The notes: generated by a model not told the origin, from the sequence alone. A DNA stretch of 39,071 nt from Candidatus Magasanikbacteria bacterium RIFOXYD2_FULL_41_14 (GCA_001784475.1 MFRE01000005.1:31649-70719); one strand, 5' to 3'. Shown: positions 8,652-18,858, counted from the stretch's first letter. Translations and numbers: made by a program.

Positions 8652-9458
8652 ATGGAATATTTTGATAAAATCAACAACCGCTTAGTTTTTGTGGAAAAAT
8701 CACCCACAGCTGTTTTTTGGGACGATTTGTGGACTTCATCAGGTGATCTAAAAAAACAGATTGTTAGTGTTAGGAAAGATAATTTAGTTTGTCTTATTAG
8801 CAAAAAATATTTAAAAACCGGTGATAAAGTTTTGGACGGTGGCTGTGGTAAAGGACAATTTGTTTATGCCCTGCAAAATTATTTTAGGTTTGACACTTAC
8901 GGTGTTGATTTTGCCGAAAAAATTGTTGCAAAAATTAATCAAACTATCCCCACTCTAAAAATTAAATTAGGTGATGTCCGCAATTTGTCGTTTGAGGATG
9001 ATTTTTTTGATGGTTATTGGTCATTGGGAGTGATAGAGCATTTTTATGATGGTTACGATAGTATTTTATTGGAAATCAGGCGTGTTTTAAAAAAGGGCGG
9101 GTTTTTATTTATTACCTTTCCGCACCTGTCATGGTTACGAAAATTAAAAATTAAATTAGGTAAATATCGCGAGTTTGTTGGCTCTGAAGATAACAAAAAG
9201 GATTTTTATCAATTTGCGTTAGATGATCATAAGGTTATCGAGGACATAGAAAAGCTCGGTTTTGTTTTAAAACATAGCAAAAAAATTGACGGAGTAAAGG
9301 GATTGAAAGATGAGGTATCAGTAACCAAGCCGATTTTGCGGGTGGTTTATAATTCTAACTTTTTAATTTTAAAAGTTATCAAATTTTTCTTAAATAAATT
9401 ATTATCGTTTTTTTCATCCCACATGATTTTGTTAGTATTTGAGTTGCGCAATAAATAG
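8652..9458 (+). CDS. Class I SAM-dependent methyltransferase
   Basis: VLDGGCGKG, GVDF, GDVRNLSFEDDFFD, GVIEHF, EIRRVLKKGG. Confidence 0.9.
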   Translation: MEYFDKINNRLVFVEKSPTAVFWDDLWTSSGDLKKQIVSVRKDNLVCLISKKYLKTGDKVLDGGCGKGQFVYALQNYFRFDTYGVDFAEKIVAKINQTIPTLKIKLGDVRNLSFEDDFFDGYWSLGVIEHFYDGYDSILLEIRRVLKKGGFLFITFPHLSWLRKLKIKLGKYREFVGSEDNKKDFYQFALDDHKVIEDIEKLGFVLKHSKKIDGVKGLKDEVSVTKPILRVVYNSNFLILKVIKFFLNKLLSFFSSHMILLVFELRNK

Positions 9459-9475
9459 AATTGGATTGATAACAT

Positions 9476-10120
9476 ATGAAAATTAAAAACAAACTTTATT
9501 CATTTTTTATCCGTGTTACCCTACGTTTACACAATTTTTGCTATCGTGTTATTAGTAAATTAGTTTTGCTAGAAAATAACGGCACTCATCCCAAACATCG
9601 GATTATGGACTATGGTTCTTTTTTTGTTAATAATGTTAATGAGAGCGACAAAGTTATCGACATTGGATGTGGCAAAGGAGAGGTAGCCTATTTGATTTCT
9701 AGTCGAGCCAAGGCAGTAGTGGCTGTTGATTTAAAAGAAAAAAATATCAACCATGCTAAAAATAAATTTCGATGTGCTAATTTAATTTATATTGTAGCAG
9801 ATGCAGTGTCTTATAAGTGGGATCAAAAATTTGACAAAGTTATTTTATCCAATGTTTTAGAGCACATAGACGATAGAATTAATTTTTTGCAAAAATTACA
9901 CAGTGTCGCCAGTACTATTTTGTTGCGTGTACCGATGATCAATCGTGATTGGTTGGTTATGTATAAAAAAGAAAAGGGTGTGGATTATCGTCTTGACCCG
10001 ACCCATTTTATAGAGTATGATTTAAATACACTTTTTGCGGAAATGGCGCAAAGTAATTGGAAAATTGAAAGTTACTCTGTTCAATTTGGAGAATTTTGGG
10101 GGGTGGTAAAAGCAATATGA
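9476..10120 (+). CDS. Class I SAM-dependent methyltransferase
   Basis: VIDIGCGKG, VAVD, FDKVILSNVLEHI. Confidence 0.9.
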   Translation: MKIKNKLYSFFIRVTLRLHNFCYRVISKLVLLENNGTHPKHRIMDYGSFFVNNVNESDKVIDIGCGKGEVAYLISSRAKAVVAVDLKEKNINHAKNKFRCANLIYIVADAVSYKWDQKFDKVILSNVLEHIDDRINFLQKLHSVASTILLRVPMINRDWLVMYKKEKGVDYRLDPTHFIEYDLNTLFAEMAQSNWKIESYSVQFGEFWGVVKAI

Positions 10121-11169
10121 AAAAATCTGTAAAAGTAAAAATAATCGGACGGGACTGGGTTAACTGGTCCATTGACAAAGATCGGAAAAATTTATGTTCT
10201 TTTTTATCAGATTTGAAAGGAGTAAAATTATCCTCCAGCTATATTTTTTCGGATATTTATTTTTTTGTTTGGTATGAACAGGTTTTTTCGCTAAAATTCT
10301 TTTTTGTTCGTTTGTTGAAAAAATTTTTTCATAAAAAAATTGTAGCGGTTATTACCAATGATTGTCGCGATGATATCAACAAAATTAATCATTTTAAAGG
10401 TTTGGTAGATTTATTTATCGCTCCGAGCCAGGCGGTGTCGGATTTTTTAACTGCCAATAACTGGCCCAACATAAAAATACCGTTTTATGTTTCTCCGGCT
10501 GAATTTTACCGACTTAGTTTAACCAAATTAGCGCTTTGTGAGCGGTTAAAAATTGATTATTCTTTAGTAAAAGATAAAATATTGATCGGCTCTTTTCAGC
10601 GGGATAGTTTGGGGAAAAATTTGTTACTGCCCAAGTGGCAGAAAAATCCTGATTTACTAGTTAAGATTTTAAGTGGCTTGCCGCGTGAAAAATTTATTTT
10701 AATATTGGCCGGTCCGCGTCGCCATTATTTGGTGAAAGAATGTGAACGTCAATCTATTCCCTATATATTTGTGGGTGAATCTCAATGTTTTGCCGCTGGA
10801 AAGGATGATGTTTTGGTAAATAATTTATCCATTGAAAAAATAAATTGGTTGTATAATTTAATTGATTTGTACCTAGTAACATCTGCTAGTGAAGGTGGCC
10901 CTAAAGCCATTTTAGAAAGTAGTTTATGTCAGACGATGATTTTTTCTACTCCAGTTGGTTTGGCCCCGGATTTTTTGCACCCGTTCTCTTTATTTGATTC
11001 TGGCGATTATAGCAAAATTAGTGAGTATATTTTAAATTGCTTTGATGGTAAAATGAAACAAACGGAATATATAAAGTATAATTTTGAGAAAGTTTTATCT
11101 GTAATGGAAAATAATCATTATCAAGATTTAATTATTAATATTTTTTTTAAATTAAATATCATTCTATGA
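10117..11169 (+). CDS. Glycosyltransferase, GT4-like (GT-B)
   Basis: LYNLIDLYLVTSASEGGPKAILES (EX7E); start set at the ATGA overlap with the upstream stop. Confidence 0.8.
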   Translation: MKKSVKVKIIGRDWVNWSIDKDRKNLCSFLSDLKGVKLSSSYIFSDIYFFVWYEQVFSLKFFFVRLLKKFFHKKIVAVITNDCRDDINKINHFKGLVDLFIAPSQAVSDFLTANNWPNIKIPFYVSPAEFYRLSLTKLALCERLKIDYSLVKDKILIGSFQRDSLGKNLLLPKWQKNPDLLVKILSGLPREKFILILAGPRRHYLVKECERQSIPYIFVGESQCFAAGKDDVLVNNLSIEKINWLYNLIDLYLVTSASEGGPKAILESSLCQTMIFSTPVGLAPDFLHPFSLFDSGDYSKISEYILNCFDGKMKQTEYIKYNFEKVLSVMENNHYQDLIINIFFKLNIIL

Positions 11170-12470
11170 CCAAATCTGACCAAGTTAAAAAAATAGTTAA
11201 GAACGCTAAAAAAGTTTTAAGCTCTAAATCAAATTTTAAATTATTGACTCGCCCCAAGATTATAGTCAATTTGGCACAACAGCATTTTGATGCCAAAACT
11301 TTTAATCCTCGCCCTGGCTCTACCCCTGGTGACGTGGTATTTAGTTTGACTAACATCTGTAATTTATCCTGCCCGATGTGTTCCATTAACAATATCAAGG
11401 CCAAATGCGGGCAGGTGCCTAATTTTATCACTTTTGATGAGTTTAAAAAATTTGCTGAACTACTGGCTGCCGCCACGCGTTTAAGTTTTATGGGATTTAT
11501 TGGTGAGTCAATCTTAAATCCCGATTTTTTTAAAATTATTTCTTATCTTAAAAAAGAGTACAAAACCTTTTTGCATATTTCTACCAACGGTAATGGTTTA
11601 AATGAAAAAGTTCAAGATCAAATGTTGGCGGTTGGTTTTGACTCCATCACTTTTTCTATTCACGGTTTTTCGCCGGAAAGCTATAAAACTCTTCAGGCTG
11701 GCAGTTTGGACTTGGTGAAAAAAAATTTAGCGCGTTTGCTTACCAGACGAAAAGAGTTGAAATTAAAAGTACCTTATGTGACAGTGGTGTTTGCTTTAAA
11801 TCGCGCCAACATTGATGAGGCCCAACAAATGTTGGAATGGGTGGCTGGTCTGGGTGCCGACGCGTTTCACGTTTATCATTTTCACGACTATACCCCCACT
11901 CTAAAAGGGCTCATATTTAAAAAAGAAGAATACCCAGAAATAAACAAAAAAATTGATGCGCTTTATGAGTATGCGCAATTAAAAGGGTGGCTAAATTTGT
12001 TGCCACCCCAAAAGCCGTATTTTAAAGAAGACGCTTTGGAACAAGAAAAAGGGATAGTTAAGTGTGATCGGCCTTGGAAGGGTTTCCAAATGCGTTCGTC
12101 TTTTTCGCATAAGGACTGCTACTATATGGGGGTCTGCAACGTGTTTAATTCTTTCTTGTTTAATTACAAAGAACATCTGGAAAAATATGGTAAACTGGAT
12201 TTCCAAAAAATTTGGCAACATCCGGTTTTGCAATATTTAAGGCAAACCAGCAATTCGGCTGGTCCCAAGCCGGTTAATCCGTTGTGCGCTTATTGTAAAA
12301 GTTCAAAGCGAAAATATCTTAAAAATACCGATAACGCTGCCAATTATAAAGCTAAATTGGAAGCAATTGATGGTTTTTTTAAAGGGTTTAAAAAAGAATA
12401 TCCTAATTTTGAAGAAGTGGGTGGTGTTCAGATGCTATACACCGAAGATGACGAGTTGGCATTGAATTAA
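11166..12470 (+). CDS. Radical SAM protein with a SPASM/twitch-type C-terminal domain
   Basis: CNLSCPMC (CX3CX2C), GES.LNP, ISTNG, ITFSIHG; C-terminal CDRPW...GVC...IW...LR...CAYC. Confidence 0.9.
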   Translation: MTKSDQVKKIVKNAKKVLSSKSNFKLLTRPKIIVNLAQQHFDAKTFNPRPGSTPGDVVFSLTNICNLSCPMCSINNIKAKCGQVPNFITFDEFKKFAELLAAATRLSFMGFIGESILNPDFFKIISYLKKEYKTFLHISTNGNGLNEKVQDQMLAVGFDSITFSIHGFSPESYKTLQAGSLDLVKKNLARLLTRRKELKLKVPYVTVVFALNRANIDEAQQMLEWVAGLGADAFHVYHFHDYTPTLKGLIFKKEEYPEINKKIDALYEYAQLKGWLNLLPPQKPYFKEDALEQEKGIVKCDRPWKGFQMRSSFSHKDCYYMGVCNVFNSFLFNYKEHLEKYGKLDFQKIWQHPVLQYLRQTSNSAGPKPVNPLCAYCKSSKRKYLKNTDNAANYKAKLEAIDGFFKGFKKEYPNFEEVGGVQMLYTEDDELALN

Positions 12471-12612
12471 ATCAATTTCCGAGCCAGGGAGCAAATATGC
12501 CCGCTAAAGATCTCGGTTTAGTCAGGGATGCAATATTCAAATGATTACACCTCAATTACCTCGGGGCATAGCCGCGAAGGGCTATATTATTCAGCTATTC
12601 CAGTTGTGATTT

Positions 12613-13617
12613 ATGAAAGTGAATATTTTATTTTCTTTTAAAAATGGACCCAGTGGTGGGGGGAACCATTTTTTGAGTTTACTGCACTCGGAATATTTAA
12701 AGATGGGTATTTACGAAAACGATCCGATAAAATCGGATATTGTGATTGTTAATAGTTACCATAATTTGATTAAAGCTGCTAAGTTGAAAAATCATTATCC
12801 TAATATTAAATTAGTATTTCGTTTAGGGCCAATATTTTATTATCATCGTGGTAATATTTGGAAATTAATGGATAAATTTATTATTGCATTAGCCAATAAA
12901 ATTGCAGATGGTATTATTTTTCAATCGCACTGGTCGTTAGCTGAGGCCAACAAGCTCGGATTTAATGCGCAAAAAAATTGGCGGATAGTTTATAATACTG
13001 CTGGCCAAACATTTTATCGTGATGATAATTTTATCAAAAATCATAGTAAGATAAAAATTTTAGCAGCCAGTTGGTCATCTAATAAAAATAAGGGATCTGG
13101 TTATTATGAATATTTAGATAAGCATCTTGATTTTAGCAAATATCAGATGTCATTTATTGGCAATTCTCCGGTTAAATTTAAAAATATTGCGATTTTATCG
13201 CCGTTGGACGGTAAGAGCTTGGCTCAAGAATTAAAAGCAGCTGAAATGTTTATTTTTGCTGCCAAAGATGACGCCTGTTCCAATATGCTTATAGAAGCTA
13301 TGGCGGCTGGTCTGGCGGTGGTAGCATTGAATTCCGGTGGAAGTAGCGAGTTAGCTCAGTTTGGGAATTGTAAATTATTTAGTAATGAGAAAGAATTATT
13401 AGATGCCATTGCCGGTTTGGTTGTTAGTGTTGACCACAGAAGTGGTTTGGGTACGGCGGTGACATTGCCAACACCAGAAACCGTGGCCCGGGAATATTTA
13501 TCAGTTATAGATCAAGATAAAAAAGCGACCGAGTGTTCGTTTTGGTTGGTTCTCAAAGTGAGGTTTTACATTTCATTATTTGTTTTAATTGGCAAATTAA
13601 AATTTATTTATGGCTGA
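12613..13617 (+). CDS. Glycosyltransferase family 4-like
   Basis: GGGNHF, IIFQS, NKG, DACSNMLIEAMAAGL....SGG..E. Confidence 0.85.
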   Translation: MKVNILFSFKNGPSGGGNHFLSLLHSEYLKMGIYENDPIKSDIVIVNSYHNLIKAAKLKNHYPNIKLVFRLGPIFYYHRGNIWKLMDKFIIALANKIADGIIFQSHWSLAEANKLGFNAQKNWRIVYNTAGQTFYRDDNFIKNHSKIKILAASWSSNKNKGSGYYEYLDKHLDFSKYQMSFIGNSPVKFKNIAILSPLDGKSLAQELKAAEMFIFAAKDDACSNMLIEAMAAGLAVVALNSGGSSELAQFGNCKLFSNEKELLDAIAGLVVSVDHRSGLGTAVTLPTPETVAREYLSVIDQDKKATECSFWLVLKVRFYISLFVLIGKLKFIYG

Positions 13618-14236
13618 TTATTATCATTATAGTATTCATCGCCTTCTTTTAAATCGGCTTATCAAAAAAGAGTTATCGGCGTTGGGTGGAAAAGTTCTTG
13701 ATGTGGGATCAAAAAATCGTCGGTACGATATATTTTTTAAGGCCGATACCGATATCATCGCAGTGGACAAAATTCCCAACAAATCATTGCAAGTTGAATT
13801 TGGTGACTTGGAAAATGGTTTGAATTTCGTCGATAATCAATTTGATGCAATTGTATGCTTGGAAGTCCTTGAGTATTTGGATAATTATGAACTTGGTTTA
13901 AAAGAAATATCTCGATTGCTTAAGTGGGGTGGAAAGGCAATTGTTTCTGTCCCGTTTCTTTTTGCCGAACATAGTGACAACCAAAGATTTACCGAGCAGT
14001 TTCTAAAGAGGAAATGCGAACTTTATTTTAGTGAGGCGCAAGTGAGCAAAGTTGGTAATGGTTTTACGGCAATATGGGACATCGTGCGAGCTAAAGCTTT
14101 GGTACAAAAAAATATTTTTATTAGATTAATTTTATTTTTGTGCATATTGCCGTATTTATTTTTAATAAAACTATTTAATTTAAAGGCTCAAAAAGATTTA
14201 TTTTATTCTGGTTTGTTTGTCGTTCTAAAAAAATAG
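13610..14236 (+). CDS. Class I SAM-dependent methyltransferase
   Basis: VLDVGS, FDAIVCLEVLEY, EISRLLKWGG...SVPF...H.D..RFT. Confidence 0.85.
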   Translation: MADYYHYSIHRLLLNRLIKKELSALGGKVLDVGSKNRRYDIFFKADTDIIAVDKIPNKSLQVEFGDLENGLNFVDNQFDAIVCLEVLEYLDNYELGLKEISRLLKWGGKAIVSVPFLFAEHSDNQRFTEQFLKRKCELYFSEAQVSKVGNGFTAIWDIVRAKALVQKNIFIRLILFLCILPYLFLIKLFNLKAQKDLFYSGLFVVLKK

Positions 14237-14237
14237 T

Positions 14238-14981
14238 ATGAAGATATTAAGAATAGACGACGTGGGCGCGTCGAGTAAGCATTTTAATCAGCACGGCCGC
14301 AAAGTTTTTCGTTTCAAAGGAGTGCCATTTTTTTATTTTCCTTTGGCTAATTTTTGGTTTTTTAAGCGAGTTTGGCCATTTAAGCGTTGGGGCGTTTATG
14401 ATGAGCTATCAACATCGGAATGGAATAAATATCTGCAATTATTTGATAAATATCAAATCGTTCCCATTGTGGCTGTCACTGCTTGCTGGGTTGAGAAAAA
14501 TGGTGTGTTTGTCCCATTTTACCTGAAATTTCCCGATGAAGCTGAGGTCTTGAAAAAAGCTGTTAAAAATGGTAAAATTACCATTGCCAATCATGGCCTT
14601 ACTCATTGTGTGGTTGGTAATCATCTGCCAAAGATTTGGTCTCGTAATAACGATAATCATCGCGAGTTTTGGCCTTATCTTAGCCAATCTTGGCACAATG
14701 AACACATATCACGCTCCCAGGAAATATTAGAGGGATATTTTGGTGTACCGGTTGAAATTTTGGTGCCACCGGGTAATATTTGGAGCTATAAAACATATTT
14801 GGCTGTTTTAAATACTAATATCAAAAAAATAATTTGCGGGCGTTACATGGCTGATGGTGAGAAAAAAATGGATGGCATTGAATTCGTTGATGACAAAGAA
14901 AATTTTTTGTTACTACACGACAGAGATTTAAAATTAAAAGACGAAGATTGGTTAACTAAGCAGTTATTATCATTTAAGTAA
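14238..14981 (+). CDS. Polysaccharide deacetylase (CE4/NodB-like)
   Basis: LRIDDVG, IANHGLTH (HxxxH), VPPGN, LLHD motifs. Confidence 0.75.
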   Translation: MKILRIDDVGASSKHFNQHGRKVFRFKGVPFFYFPLANFWFFKRVWPFKRWGVYDELSTSEWNKYLQLFDKYQIVPIVAVTACWVEKNGVFVPFYLKFPDEAEVLKKAVKNGKITIANHGLTHCVVGNHLPKIWSRNNDNHREFWPYLSQSWHNEHISRSQEILEGYFGVPVEILVPPGNIWSYKTYLAVLNTNIKKIICGRYMADGEKKMDGIEFVDDKENFLLLHDRDLKLKDEDWLTKQLLSFK

Positions 14982-15040
14982 GCTTAGGATGTGCGTAGTT
15001 TATTGGTTTTTTTACTGACATAATAATTAAAATTAGTGTT

Positions 15041-16429
15041 ATGAATCTAATTTATATTGGTTCCGGCTTTGTAGGTGCGTGTTCAGCCGGTGTGGCCGCT
15101 TCTTCCGGCCACAAAGTGTTGGTTTATGATATCGATGAGAGCAAGATCAATTCGTTGTCATCCGGCGATCATGACCGGATAGAGGCCTGTTTATTTGAGA
15201 AGGGATTAGGCGATTTGTTAACTAGAAATAAAGATCGGATAGAATTTACCACGCAATATTCCAAATTGGATAAATTTTTGGATACAGCGGATGCGGTTTT
15301 TATGTGTTTACCAACACCCGAAGTTGGCGAAACTGGAGAAAGTAATCTATCTTATTATTTTGATGCTGCCGAAAAATTAGCCATTTCGCTTACACGTCGC
15401 AATGGCGGCACACAAACAAAATATGTGGTAGTGGTTAATAAAAGCACGGTGCCAATTGATATGGTTAACCGCACGGCCGACATTTTAACTAAAGCCGGAG
15501 TTAATAATTTTGGGGTAGTGTCTAACCCGGAATTTTTAGTGGAAGGTAAGGCCACAGAAGGTTCACTTCGACCCGATCGGGTCGTGGTAGGGGCATCTTC
15601 GGAGCGTGATTTTTTGGTAATGCGCCAAATTTATCAACGCTTTTACGACTCTCCAGCTGTCCAATATGTTGAAGTTAATCCGCAGGAAGCGGCCGCGGGA
15701 AAGTTATTGGCAAATTTTTATTTATTTAATCGTTTGGCAATTTGTTTTGATGTGATTGGGCGCACTTGCGAGGCGTTTCCGGAATTAAAATTTGAACATA
15801 TTAGAAAAATTTTAACTGGAGATAAACGGATCGGTGATTGGGGTTTTTATGATAGTTTGTATGCCGGCGGAAGCTGTTTTATTAAAGACGCGCGTTCTTT
15901 ATCTCATCAATTGCAAACGGTGGGATATGGAGCAGAAATTATTAACGAAACTTATTTAGCCAACAAACGGCAATTAGAATTATTTTTAGCGCGCGCGGAA
16001 AAAGAAGCCGGTTTTGATTGGGTAGGGAAAACAGTTTGTTTGTTGGGTCTGGCTTTCAAACGCGATACCAATGATATTCGCAATTCGCCCTCGCTTTTGA
16101 TCGCGGATTTTTTGTTAGAAAAGCAAGTAAAGCAGATCAAAGCGCACGATCTGGCTGCGATGGAAAATTTTAAAAAGTATGGATCAAAGAGCGAGAAGAT
16201 AAGTTTTTGGGATGATCCTAAGGAAGCCGTTGCTGGTGCTGATGTGATTGTAATCGCGTCTGATTGGGCTCAGTTTCGTGGTTTGGCCGATTGGGTTTTA
16301 AGCGATTATAATGGACGGCCTTTAATTATGGATGGTCGCCGGATGTGGCAACATTGCTATTTTGATTTACAAAAAGCTGGCTTTAATATTATACCGGTTG
16401 GCGGTTCGTTTCTTAAAGGAGATAAATAA
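15041..16429 (+). CDS. ugd: UDP-glucose/GDP-mannose 6-dehydrogenase family, full length
   Basis: IGSGFVG, CLPTP, NKSTVP, SNPEFL.EG, DKRIG, GGSCFIKD, GLAFK.DTNDIRNSPS, DGR. Confidence 0.85.
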   Translation: MNLIYIGSGFVGACSAGVAASSGHKVLVYDIDESKINSLSSGDHDRIEACLFEKGLGDLLTRNKDRIEFTTQYSKLDKFLDTADAVFMCLPTPEVGETGESNLSYYFDAAEKLAISLTRRNGGTQTKYVVVVNKSTVPIDMVNRTADILTKAGVNNFGVVSNPEFLVEGKATEGSLRPDRVVVGASSERDFLVMRQIYQRFYDSPAVQYVEVNPQEAAAGKLLANFYLFNRLAICFDVIGRTCEAFPELKFEHIRKILTGDKRIGDWGFYDSLYAGGSCFIKDARSLSHQLQTVGYGAEIINETYLANKRQLELFLARAEKEAGFDWVGKTVCLLGLAFKRDTNDIRNSPSLLIADFLLEKQVKQIKAHDLAAMENFKKYGSKSEKISFWDDPKEAVAGADVIVIASDWAQFRGLADWVLSDYNGRPLIMDGRRMWQHCYFDLQKAGFNIIPVGGSFLKGDK

Positions 16430-16438
16430 TTTAAATTT

Positions 16439-17263
16439 ATGAAAAAATATGGAATCATGGGCGTGGGTATGGTAGGAGGTGCGTTGTTGCGTTATTTTAT
16501 TCAGCACCAGCAAATTCAGCCGATTTTGTTCGACCCGGCTAAAAATTTGAATTCGGTTGAAGAATTGAACAACGCAGAAGTAATTTTTTTGTGTGTACCA
16601 ACTCCCTATGACGAACAAAAGGGCGGTTTCGATTTGTCATATCTTGATCAGGCGTTTAGTGTTTTGACCGGTGAAAAAATTATTGTAATCAAGTCAACTG
16701 TTTTGCCGGGAACGACAGAAGAATATCAGCATCGTTTTCCTCAGCATAAAATTTTATTCAATCCAGAATTTTTGACTGAAGCAACTGCTGACTATGATAT
16801 GATTTATCCCACTAGGCAAATTGTTGGCTTCACCGCACAAAGCAAAGCAGTGGCGTCGGAAATAATTTCTATCTTACCGTTTGCCCCATTTCAAAAAATA
16901 ATTCCGGCCAAAGAGGCGGAAATGGTGAAATATTTTGGCAATACTTTGTATGCTCTTAAAGTTGTTTTTGCGAATCAAGTTTATGATTTATGTCAGAAAA
17001 TTGGCGTGGATTATGACACTGTTAAAGAATGTGCCAAGGCCGAGCCAATGGTCGGTAAAACTCATTTGGATGTAGTGCACAAAGGGTACCGCGGTTATGG
17101 TGGTAAGTGCTTGCCCAAAGACACGCGTGCCCTTATACAACTGGGAGAGCGCTTGGGGGCAGAGATGTCTGTTTTAAAAGTGGCGGAAGAATATAATAAT
17201 TCCTTAATTCAAAAGCAGGGAATTAAAAATCAAGATAAAGCGGAATTGGAAAAAGATCGTTAA
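16439..17263 (+). CDS. Short UDP-glucose/GDP-mannose dehydrogenase family protein lacking the C-terminal domain
   Basis: GVGMVG, CVPTP, IKSTVLPGT, NPEFL, AEMVKY..N, GYGGKCLPKD; ends at 274 aa. Confidence 0.85.
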   Translation: MKKYGIMGVGMVGGALLRYFIQHQQIQPILFDPAKNLNSVEELNNAEVIFLCVPTPYDEQKGGFDLSYLDQAFSVLTGEKIIVIKSTVLPGTTEEYQHRFPQHKILFNPEFLTEATADYDMIYPTRQIVGFTAQSKAVASEIISILPFAPFQKIIPAKEAEMVKYFGNTLYALKVVFANQVYDLCQKIGVDYDTVKECAKAEPMVGKTHLDVVHKGYRGYGGKCLPKDTRALIQLGERLGAEMSVLKVAEEYNNSLIQKQGIKNQDKAELEKDR

Positions 17264-17333
17264 CGAAGACCTTTTGAAGCTGGTAGTCGGTCTTTAATTT
17301 AAAATGTAGGTATCTGTTTTGCCACAAATCTAT

Positions 17334-18848
17334 ATGAGTAATAAGGAAAAAATATTGTCAGCCATTTCTTATGATACCATTGGCAATGTTTTGGTAAAAT
17401 TTTTTTTGGTAAGCTCCGGCATTATTGTGGCCCGAACGCTGGGTCCAGAACTTTTGGGTAAATATTCAATTATCTTAATTTTTTGCGGCAGTCTTGGTAT
17501 CATTGTTAGTTTCGGAATGGAAGACGCCCTTGTCAGATATTCGGGGGAGCTTTCTGGTTTGGGGCAAAATAAATGGGTGGGTAGGATGATTAAAGATATT
17601 ATTATTTTTCGAATACTGATAGTTTTGGCGTGCTCGGTCCTGTTGTTGGTATTCACCAATTTTACTTTTGGTGTTCTTGGGCTTGCGGTGGAGTGGTATA
17701 CAATTTTGTTTATCATTTATTTTATTTTTTCCAACGGTTTGTTTTCACTGTTTTCAACTTTTTTACAGACCAAGTTTCAGCAAAAGTATATTAATATTGT
17801 GACAGTGTCAATCTCGGCTGTTAATTTCTTGACTGTTGTTTGTCTGTGGTTTAGTCACCTTCTTACTGTACGCTCTTTGTTGTTGGCGGTAATTGTTTTT
17901 TTGACCACCAAGTTGATATTATTTGGTTGGCGTGCTCGTGTAGTTGCTCGCGAAACGATGAAAAATGATACCGATATTGCGCATGATCCGTTATTTTATA
18001 GTAATTTAAAAAAACGTTTTTTGAAATATAGCGTGACCATGTTATTCATTAGTTTGGGGGGTGTGATTTTGGCGTATCGCTCTGATGTATACTTTATCTC
18101 ATTTTTTTTGGGTTTAACCGCCGTGGGGTATTATAATTTAGCCAATAATTTTATTGAAGGCGCGTTCGGATTAGTCCTTCCCGGATCTTTTGGTCCTATG
18201 TATACCAGTATGATGGTGGAGAGCTATCATAAAAATGGCGTGGCGTCTTTGAATAAATTTTTTCAAAAAAATGTTGAATATGTATTTTTGTTTACTTTCC
18301 CCTTGGCGATCGGCGGAAGTATTTTAGCCCGAGAGTTAATCTTACTATTTTACGGGCCGGCTTATTTACCGGCAACTACTTTATTTATTTTATTTTTTTT
18401 AATATCAGCAATTTTTAAATTTGCCGGTTCGGTCTCGTCTATTTTTGTGGTTTTAGAGAAACCCCACTATTTTATGTGGACGAAAGTTATTTCAATTATT
18501 AACATACCACTTAATTTATTATTTATACCTTGGTTTGGAGTAATGGGAGCATTGGGAAGCACATCAATAACATTGTCGCTGATTTTTTTGGTAGAGTATT
18601 TTTTGGCGAAACATTTGGCATCTATTTCCATCCCTTGGGTGGCGATTTTTAAGATTGGTTTATTAGCGGTGTTTATGGGATTTTTTACTTTTTGGTTGGG
18701 AATAAAATTGCAGTTTTCGCTCGGCGTCAATTTATTTATTAATATTATGTTGAGCGCCTTACTTTACATGTTGTCGGTGTATTTTTTCAAAATTGTCGAT
18801 CGGGAATATTTTGATTTCTTTTTGAAAAAGTTTAAGTTTTCTAAATAA
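17334..18848 (+). CDS. wzx: Oligosaccharide flippase (Wzx/MOP family)
   Basis: About 12-14 TM segments; VARTLGPELLGKYS, DVYFISFFLG..AVGYYNLA, LNLLFIPWFGVMGA; ATG 17334 preferred over TTG 17319. Confidence 0.85.
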   Translation: MSNKEKILSAISYDTIGNVLVKFFLVSSGIIVARTLGPELLGKYSIILIFCGSLGIIVSFGMEDALVRYSGELSGLGQNKWVGRMIKDIIIFRILIVLACSVLLLVFTNFTFGVLGLAVEWYTILFIIYFIFSNGLFSLFSTFLQTKFQQKYINIVTVSISAVNFLTVVCLWFSHLLTVRSLLLAVIVFLTTKLILFGWRARVVARETMKNDTDIAHDPLFYSNLKKRFLKYSVTMLFISLGGVILAYRSDVYFISFFLGLTAVGYYNLANNFIEGAFGLVLPGSFGPMYTSMMVESYHKNGVASLNKFFQKNVEYVFLFTFPLAIGGSILARELILLFYGPAYLPATTLFILFFLISAIFKFAGSVSSIFVVLEKPHYFMWTKVISIINIPLNLLFIPWFGVMGALGSTSITLSLIFLVEYFLAKHLASISIPWVAIFKIGLLAVFMGFFTFWLGIKLQFSLGVNLFINIMLSALLYMLSVYFFKIVDREYFDFFLKKFKFSK

Positions 18849-18858
18849 AATTCTTTTT

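Noticed and set aside
11166-12612. RiPP system with a SPASM maturase and small peptide
   Set aside because: No credible precursor ORF, peptidase or peptide transporter nearby; the gene is coupled to a GT.
12471-12612. Known riboswitch or tRNA
   Set aside because: I could not match any conserved aptamer or cloverleaf; kept only as a low-interest structured gap.
17266-17299. Terminator after the short dehydrogenase (AAGACC...GGTCTT)
   Set aside because: Only a 6-bp stem with a 17-nt loop and an interrupted U tract.
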